Virus record (IMG/VR): IMGVR_UViG_3300014656_006067
Coordinates: 1-41,154 of that record
Strand: one strand, 5' to 3'
Length of the DNA stretch: 41,154 bases
DNA from: a virus
Taxonomy: Duplodnaviria; Caudoviricetes
Numbering within the stretch: the stretch's first letter is position 1; the number at the start of each line of letters is the position of its first letter. Under the pieces are notes generated by a model, which did no database searches, had not been told where the DNA came from, and saw only the letters and a program-made list of their open reading frames with translations. This document shows positions 1 through 9,200 of this stretch, piece after piece. Position numbers and translations under genes: made by a program.

Positions 1-246
1 GTGGTGTATGGGGAAGGCATGTTTGATCCAAGGCCAATCCGTTTCTCGTTGCACGATTTGTATATGTCCCCAGTATATATTGTGGGGGCAATCATCCTGT
101 GCTTCGTTCTGTTCGGCGGATGGATCGGGGTAATGCCCGCGCTCCTCACCTATCTCTTCGGTGCCGCCATCATTATGAAGCCGTTAGGCATCCTTATTGG
201 GATAGGCCTCACGGTCTTTTCCTGGATGGTCGTCATGTCCCTCTAG
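1..246 (+). CDS. Small hydrophobic membrane protein (moron-like); start uncertain
   Basis: 81 aa, almost all hydrophobic, with 2-3 TM-like segments; convergent with the giant gene, stop codons overlapping at CTAG 243-246. Confidence 0.6.
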   Translation: MVYGEGMFDPRPIRFSLHDLYMSPVYIVGAIILCFVLFGGWIGVMPALLTYLFGAAIIMKPLGILIGIGLTVFSWMVVMSL

Positions 247-3200
247 TTGAGCCCGTAAGCGCTCTTGAGCTTCTCCGCCCGGGGCCTCATCTGCCTCGAC
301 GGTTGGTTGGCCTTCTCGCGCCGCCTGGACAACTCCGGCAACGGCTTGATCATGAACTCGGGTCTGCCGTCATCCTTCATTTTCCTGTTCCATTCTCGCC
401 ACTCGCTCAATACCTTGGCCCGCGCCTCACCGTCCTTCTCGCGCACGGCCTCAAGGTACTCGCGCACCAACTCGTCCTGCTTGTTGAGCCGGTAGACCTT
501 CAATTCCTCGACCGTCTTGTACAGGTCGTAGCTCTTGGCCCGGTTCAGGGGATAAAACCCGATGCCCTGGGCAATGGCCTCGCCCGTGGTCAGCTTCATC
601 GGCCCGCTCTCTCCGGGGATATTGATCGGCCTGCCGCTGGCGGAATAGGCTCCCTCGCTGTGCAGCCGATACGCCTTCATGATGTTCGCAAGGAAGGCCG
701 GGGCCAGGTCCTCGGTGGCCCGGGCAAACTTGCCCTCGGCAGTGTGTCCGGCGAAATCAACCACATCCTCGAACAGGGCCCACGGCACACCGATCAGTTC
801 CAGGGCCTTCCCCTTGATCTGCTCATCAATGGGCTTGTCCACGGCAACCCGGTCGAACATGGGCAACTCCATGCCGAGGGATCCGGAGATGGTCACACCC
901 GCAGGCGCTGTAATTCCATACATAATGATGTCGCGCATGGTCTGGTTGTCCGTCAGCTTCATGGCTTCTTCCGCAGGGTCCTCGCCGAAGAGCTGGCGAA
1001 TCAGGCCCACGACAAGCGCGTACAGGGGTAAGGAGGTCAGCCCCCCAAGGGCGGTGTTCGCAGCCAGGGACATGGCAAACGCCCTGCGCCCGGCCCAACC
1101 CTTCTGGGTCAGCAGGTGCCGCCACAACGAAAGCAACCCATGGGAGAAGGTCCGGAAGGTGTAGGCCGCGCTCATGATCTTGTTGCCTGTCCCGCCACGG
1201 AACAACTCGGGCCGGTTGGCTTTGCCGTACATGAAGTGGGAATCGTAGACGATGCCCTCGGCAAAGCTCTTGGCCTCATCGTAGCCCCAGGCCTCGCCCT
1301 TCTTCTTCCCGGCCTTTTGCAGCGTATCCGCCGCCGTCACCTTGCCGTCCCGGGCGGCCCGGTATGCGGCCAGGGCCAAAGAGCAGCGGTTGTAGCGTTC
1401 GGCCATGCTCATAGGCAGGCCCAGGCCATGATTCAGTTTGCGCAGCCCGGCACCGGCCACGCCGCCAACGCCGCGCATCTCACCCTGCAGCTCTCTCATG
1501 TACTGGTCGGCGGTCACGCCGGAGTAGTAGAGGTCTTCCAGGAGCTTGGTCTCGTCGGATTGGAGCGTCTTCACCTTGGCCTGTGCGGCCAGGTCATCCA
1601 CGGCAGCTTTAAAGTACCCCGCAGCGGTCTTGGCGCTGGTATCCGCGTACAGTCTCGGCACTCCGGCCACAAGGTTTTGGGTCAGGTTCAGGGTCGCGGT
1701 TTTCAGGTTGCCGCCCAGGAACTTGACGAACGCCCCGGCCTTGACCATGGACACGATCTGGTCCACCCGGTCCGCATTCTGGAGCATGTCCTGCACATAG
1801 CGGGCGGAATAGCCATACAGCCGCGGTTGTTTCTTGGCGTCGATCTTGTAGAGTTCTCCGGTGAAGGCCTTGGCCGCATCCATCTTGGTCAGCCAGCCAT
1901 AGAGCCCCGACTTGTAGTCGAACAGCACTCCGGCGATGTCGTTCATTTCGTGCCCGGGGATGCCCTGGCGCTTGATCGTGTGTCGGCTCCAACCCCTGGT
2001 CTTGAGCACGTCGGACACAGCCTCATGCATCAGGCTCTTGACCTTGGCGCGGCTCTCCTTGTCCCCGCCCTGGCGGTCGATGGCCGCGTTGATGATCTGC
2101 TCCATGGCATCCACAGGGATAGTGTAGCCGTAAACGTCCTCGGGCAGGCCTTCGTTCTTGCCCCAGTCCCAGGACAGGTCCGCATCGGGGTTGTTCTTGC
2201 GCACCTCGGCCAGGGCCTTGCGCATGACCGTCGCGCCCACAAACTTCTTCATCGTGGGCAGGGCGCTGAAGTGCTCCCGATACAAGGTCTCTCCGGTCTT
2301 CTTGTCGAAGATGCGGACGTAGTGGGTTCCCCGGCGCACATGCGGGAAGTAGTTGTGCACCTGGCCCATCATGGTCCGGTATTCCTCGATGTATCCGGCA
2401 TCCTCATGGCTTTCGCGCATCCGGCGCAGCCTGTTGTATGCGGCCAGCATATCCCGGTCCAGGGTCCGGCGCACGGCGGCAACGGCGGTGGCCACGTCCT
2501 CGGGGATCCCGTGCTTGGTCAGGGTCTGGAAAAGCTGCTCATAGTGCTTGGGGTTGGTCCTGTACTTCTGGTGCCCATTCTCGTCCACGCCGTCCTTGAG
2601 GAACTTTCCGGCCTCCACCTCTTTGAGCTTCTTGCCCTCGATGTGCCAGATCACCTGGCTCAGGGTTTTCTTGCCGTCCTTGTCCAGGGCCTTAAGATGA
2701 TCATTCACCTCTTCCCATGACCTCAACTGGGCATCGGTGCGGGCCGCCTCGCGGTCCTGTTCGATCTTGATGAACGGAGCAAACTTCTCGTGCTCCTTTG
2801 CAATCCAGTAAGGCTGCCGGAAGATGCGCTCCAGCATGCGGATGTCCTTGGGCTTGAGCGCGCCCTGGCGCTTCATCTCGCGCACGGTGGCCCAGAAGCT
2901 CGGGTCCTGTTCCCTGGTCGGGACACCGCCCTTCATCTCCGGGGCCTCACTCGACCGCGAAAACAGCGTTGCACCCTGGGGCTTGACGATATCCTTTTCC
3001 GTGAGTATTCTCTTCCCACGATAGCTCTCCGGCTGGAGAACCCCGGGCAATTGCAGCCCGGACCTGTCCTTCAGCCAGCGAGAGCTTCTTTTTTTGTCAT
3101 AGTATCTAAGCCTCCCCTCCCTGATCTGATTCACCACCCACTGCCAACCAGGCGACCCGGCGTCCTTTCCGCTGCGATCATGTACGCTGGCAACTTTGTT

Positions 3201-6200
3201 CATCATCAAGTTGCCCATGTCGTCCACGTCGAGGTGCACCATCGCAACAAGGCCCTCACCGTTGTGCTCCAACTCGGTCAGCACCGCGAAGCTGTTGGAT
3301 GTCGTGGATGAATCAAACACGGCCAACGGCTGCCACATGTGCAAGGGGAGGTCTTTTATGATCTCTGCCGGGATGTCGTGCTTGGTCTGCACAATCTTGC
3401 GCAAGTCACTCTGGCGCATGGCCATGGGCAGGCCTTTGGCTCCAAGTTTTTGCAACACATCCGGAGTCGTTCCAACCTGTAGAATCTGCCGCGAAGGCAA
3501 TGTGCCGGCCAGCGCCTCATCCACCTGCTTCTTCCATGCCCGCATGTCCGCGGCGACCTGTTGCCCGGCGCTATCCTGGGTCCATTCGGTCTCGGGTACG
3601 GCGGAAGATCCGGGGCCGCGTTTGCGGCTGCTGCGCGAGAACCTGCTAGTGCTCGTGGGCCTAGCCTGGGCCTCCCCAGTTGCTCTCTGATAGGCCACTC
3701 TTGCCCCGCCAGTCGGCTTCCCGGTCACCGTCCAGCGCACGGCGTCCAGAACGATATCTACAATGTCGGAGTCCGCCAGCGTACCACCCTTGAAGATGCG
3801 GCGCATGAAGCGCTGCAGCGCAATTACGAACCTCTGCCAGATGTTCCGCTCCCTTGGGGCCAGCACCTCGCGCATGCGCACCTTCTCGGCGATGCGCGCC
3901 AGGTGTTCCTCGGCAGCCTGCCAGCGGTCTTCAACCTTCCCGGGGTTGAAGCCATACAGCTTTTCTATCTCGCGCAGGCTATTCCTCGGAGCGCTCCGGT
4001 ACACATGATCCATCATGTTTCGGTAATGTGTGTCACTCGGGAATAGTCCCCGCACCCCGTTGTGCAGCCCAGCTTCATGCAACCACAGCGCATAGGCCCG
4101 GTCCATGGATTCAATGTTGTTGGCTATGAAGTAGACAATTCCTGTCTGCTCATCATAGGCGGACTCTGGGAAACCACCGCCACGGCGTTCATATTCCTCC
4201 CGCACATGCACAGGCAGGTTGTTCATGGCTTGGATGATTTTGATCTCCGGGGCGTTGTCGGACATGGCCTGTTGCCTGTCCACAACCTGGGAGACATCAT
4301 TGACGCTGATGCCCTTGGTGTTGCGCTGGCCGCGGCGGGAATACAGGGGTTGCCCCTGCAGGACAGCCAAGCGCATCTTGTCTGTGATGGGCACCGACCA
4401 GACGTCCTTGTAATCAGAATCCAGACCCCGAGTTCGTGCCTCTTGGGGTGCTTGATCCCCCACGGCAACTACCGGAACTTCAGTCGTCCCGACCTTTGTA
4501 TCCTTATCGAGTTTCTTAACGTACTTGCCGACCTCCTTGGGCAGGATATTGTCGTAGAAGCCCTTCATGCCATCGCCGCCAACCTTGAGGTCGAGGCCGC
4601 GCAGGGTGAAGAAAGCCGGATTAATGGGGGAGGTTTTCGGCCAGGGTTTGCCCTTGGCGGCGTCCGCCCCCGCGATAATCTTTGCGGTCAAATCCTTCCC
4701 GATGGTGTCTTCCATTTCCTGCGGGGTGACTGTTTTCCCTGAACGGGAGTACGGGGACACCTCGTTACCGCTTTTGTCCTCAACGACGAGGTTGTATGTC
4801 CCATCCCCGTTGGCAATGGCCGAAGCCATGTTGATCTGTTTGCTCAGATCGTACCGCTCGGCCTGCACCTCTCCAGGAGTCCAGGCCACAGAATCGTAGC
4901 CCTGCTCGGCGGCCATGCGCAGGACACGCTTGAAGGCTAGCAGATACCAGGACTTCTTGAACGGGGCATTGGGGACACCACCAGCCCCTTTCCCAGCAAC
5001 CAGCGGCCTCAATTCAAGGAGTCTTGACTTTTCCTGTTCAGTCAGCCCCGCGTGGATATTCTTCATCGCCAGGGCTTCATACTCTTTAAGAATCTCGGCA
5101 CCAGCGCCGTTATACCCCTTATTCCTGCCTTCCTGGTGCCAATCGCTCTGAATCTCCTCGATGAACAGGACCTTCCCGCCATCAGCACCCACGCGGTCGT
5201 TGAGACGAACATGGGCCAGGACGTTCTCTTCCACCCAATGCTGGCCATGGTATGGTTTGCTGTTTCTCCTCGCGTTGGTCACTTGGCGCGACTGTGCGAA
5301 GTCGAGGGCCTTGAATGACTTCCCGAACATCTTCATGGCGAGATTGTCGTAAACGGCTTGGCCGGTGAGGGGCAGCTTCAGCAATACCTCGCGGTAGTTC
5401 TCGCCGCCGGGGAGCTGGTATTGGGAGAACTTGGTGTCATCCATGGCGTCCGGAGGGATCATCATGAGATCACTCGCCGCGTCCAGCTCATCGTATAGCC
5501 GGTTTATCTTTGGGCGATCCTCGAGCTCCACTCTTTCCAGAGCGGATTCTCTGTTCGGTAAACGGGTATCCCCCGGAAAAAACTCCATCAACGCTTCCCG
5601 TACTCGGTTTGCACGAGCGGCTCCCCCGCGCCAAGTGTTGCCCCCTTCCCTCTTCACCACCTCTTCCAACTGCGGGCCACCGGCCTCGATGTAAGCCAGT
5701 ACCTGCTCCTTGGTGACCTTGCCATCCACGGTGCTCAGCCATTCCAGCAGGCCCAGGTCGTCCAGTTCCTCCTGTTTGATGCCAGAGGTCTTCTTAATCC
5801 GACTGGCGAGGGCCGTGGCGGGCATGGCCTTGAAGTCCATGGACTCGACTGCACGACCAAGGGCTGAATAGAACGAAGTCCTACGGCGCGAGAATCTTAC
5901 CGAAGGTTCCGGATGATCCTCGTCGATCTGGCCCTTGGTCTTGGCCTTGTCCTGTAGGTATTCGATCAGGGCATGCCCATCGGCGCGCCCGGAGTCGTCG
6001 ATAAATCCAAGCTCCCCGGCAATCTCGTCCGCACCCCAGCCGTCACGCTTGAAGATCCCGGGGCCAAACCTGTCGCGCAGGTCCCGGGCCACGTCACGGC
6101 CATAATTCTCGGAGATGGATTTATAGGATAATCCGCGTCCTTGGCGCAGGGCACCAAGGACACGCGCGTACTCGTCAATGGCGGTATCACGCTGGATGCC

Positions 6201-9200
6201 CTCAACGGCAGCGGCGTCCATGGCCTCGATGATCTTGTCCTTAATCCAGACATCTCCCTCGGAACCACCAAACGGCACCTCGTCAACATCCTGCATCAGG
6301 TTCTCGACACGCTTTTCAGTATCGCGCACGAAAACCATGGCCTCATCAAGGGTCATCTGTCCGGATTCAACGACTTCCTGGAGCTTGTTGAAGAATGCGA
6401 AGGAATCGAAAACGGTCTTGCCGTCCTCGAAAAAATGCTCGACCTGGGCCGCCTCGACTATTTCTCGGCGGAGTCTTTCGGCTTGCGACTGCGCAGCGTC
6501 CTGGCGGCCTTGTTGACCTTGCGGCTCAACCTGACCACGGCTTGGCGAAGTTGTCTCTTTTCGGCGGGTGTCATCTTCATAGTCTGTCCTCTTCTGGTTG
6601 GATTCTACCACGTCTCCGTCAGACTTGTCGATGGTCACCATGTAGGTGGAGGTGCCCGTGGGAACGTCGGAGTCCTTAAACGTGCCTTCCGGCAACTGTT
6701 CATAGGTCGCGCCGATATTCTCAAGCCACGAGCGGAACTCAACGTCTGCCCTCTGACTACGGAAAAACGGCCCCGAACTCATGATGGAGACAATGCGCCC
6801 GCCCGGTTTCAGCAGGTCGTAGGCATGCCGGACATGTTCGATATCCTGATGATTCTCGAAGGGCGGATTCATGACGATGCGGTCGTAGTTCTCCTGGTGC
6901 TCAAGGAAATCGGACCCGACAAGCCTGTGCCCCTTGGCCTCAAGGATTCCGCGCAGACTGTGGTTCTGTTCCACCGTGTCCAGATCAGCCCCGGGCTCTG
7001 CCTCCCTGATCTTGTCGGCGATACTGCCCTTTCCGGCGCTCGGCTCAAGGACCTTCATGCCGGGCTCGATGCCCGCCTCCTCGATCATCCTGCCCACGAT
7101 CCTGGCCGGAGTCGGGAAGAACCCGGGGATCTTCTTGCCGATAAGATCCCGCTCCATGGCCTTGAGCGGGTCGGCTTTGGCCTTGGCTTTGCGCAGGCTG
7201 AAATACTGCCGCAGTGCGTCGCGGAGCTGGAACTCCTTGGTGATGCCCATGCGGGCGAGGCGGTCTACGTCCGGAATGGTCTCTATGATCGTCCACCACT
7301 GGTGGGTAACCCCGTTGGCCTTGAGCTTGTCCCTGATCTTTCTTGCAAGCTCCTCATCCCCCGTGCCGTTGAAAACGTAACTGTCTCCAGAACCGCGGCT
7401 GATCCTGGCCCGCACCTGTTTGGCTAGCGCCTTGCCCCCAGGCATTTCGCTCAAGTCCCGGGCGAGGCTTTCTATGTTTTCCCGCCAGATAGACGGCACC
7501 GGCATCTTGACGTGTTCAATGTCGGCCGCGACGATCTCCCTACCTTCCTCGTGGGGCAAATTCTCAGACCGCACTCGTTCAAATTGTCCGCGGCGCAACA
7601 GTGACTCAAGCCTCTCCATCTGCACTTTCTGGGTAAGCCCAGCCAGGGCCGGGGCCTCTCCGCTTTCAACGGCGTCGGCGATGCGGCGCATGGTTGCGGC
7701 CATAGCCTTCTGCTTCTGGGCCTGCTCCTCGGCGTATCCAGCCTCGCGCGCCCTCTTCACGGTGTTGGTCTTGCGGTCGGCTCCCAATGCCTCATCAGCT
7801 TTGGCGTCCATCGCGTCGGCCGCTTCGCGCAACTTTGATCTGGCCTTGGTTCTCTTCTCTTCCTTGCGCTCGGCCTGCTGCTCGGCCACGGAAACTGATT
7901 GCTCCTTGAGGGCCATGAAGTCATCGGCCTGAGCCCTGGTCTTGAACTGGAACCCGGGGATTGCACCGCCTTTGGCGTAGCGGGAATAATAACCGCCAAG
8001 GCGCTTGGCCTTGGTCAAAAGTTCTCGGTACTTGTCCTTGTCCACCCGGTCGGACAGGCGCACCACAAACAGGTCATGACCGTCGCGGGTATGCTTGGTT
8101 TCAACAAGTTCCATATCCACGTCGTCCATGCCGCGGACTTGGGATACGGTGCCCTTGCGCTCCACTTCGGCTTGCTGAACCCGGCGCGCTTCCTCAGCAC
8201 GCAAGGCATCGTATTTGGCACGCTGTTCTACGGTCAGCTTGCCCTCACCCTGGGCACCCACAAAGTCCTTGAACTCTTGCAAGGTCTCCGGGTTGTCCTG
8301 GGCCTTCTTGAACGCCCTGACCCTTTCGGCGTAGTCGTCCCGGGCTTTTTGGACGCGCTCGGCGTAGGCCTTGATATCGTCCTTAGTGTAGGCAAGGACT
8401 TTCTCGCGCAGGGCCTTGGCCCTGGAGTCACTGGCTTTGCCAGTCACCATGAAGGACAAACCGCCACCCATAGCAAAGTCCATGAGCATATCGTCATAGG
8501 CGGCCCTGACAACAATCTCTTTCCTCTCGCTCTTGTACCTTGAGGCCGTGATACCCCCCATCATCTTGAGCAGCTTGTCCTTGGTCAGCTTGGATAGTTC
8601 GGCCTTGATATTGGCCTCTTGCTCAATGGCTCTCTCCAGGGTCCCACGGATTTCATTCGGAGTGACTTCGCCGGACCGCATGCGCTCAACAAAGGCATCG
8701 TGCGATTCGATGCCATACGCCCCGGCAGTTTGCTCGACCTTGGCACCCGCAGCTCTGTCAATGACTTCCTGCTCCCACAGGCGGCCGTCCTTCAACTGGT
8801 ATTGGCCACCCACCGGATCAATCTTCACTACCTTGGCTTTTTTGAACTCACCCAGGACGTTTTCAGCCTGTTCACGGGACTTGCCGAATTGCTCCATCAC
8901 CGAGGTGATGAAACTGTTTTCGGCATTGACGATGCGCTGGGCCATTGGCCTGAGAGCTTCTTGGGGCAAGCGCTCCTGGTTCTCCTGCTTCTGTTCCCGT
9001 GCCATAGGCGCGTCCACGACCCGACCAGGGACCATCTCCGGCGTCCGCCTGAGAAAGCCATCCAACTGCTCGAAGTCCGGCCCCGGCATGTTCTCGACCT
9101 GCACGGATTGAAATTCTTGTGTTTGCTGAGCTGGCTTCTCGCCAATCACAACAGGCTTTGCCTGTGTTTCATCAGCGACAACAGGCTGGGCCTCGTCCAT

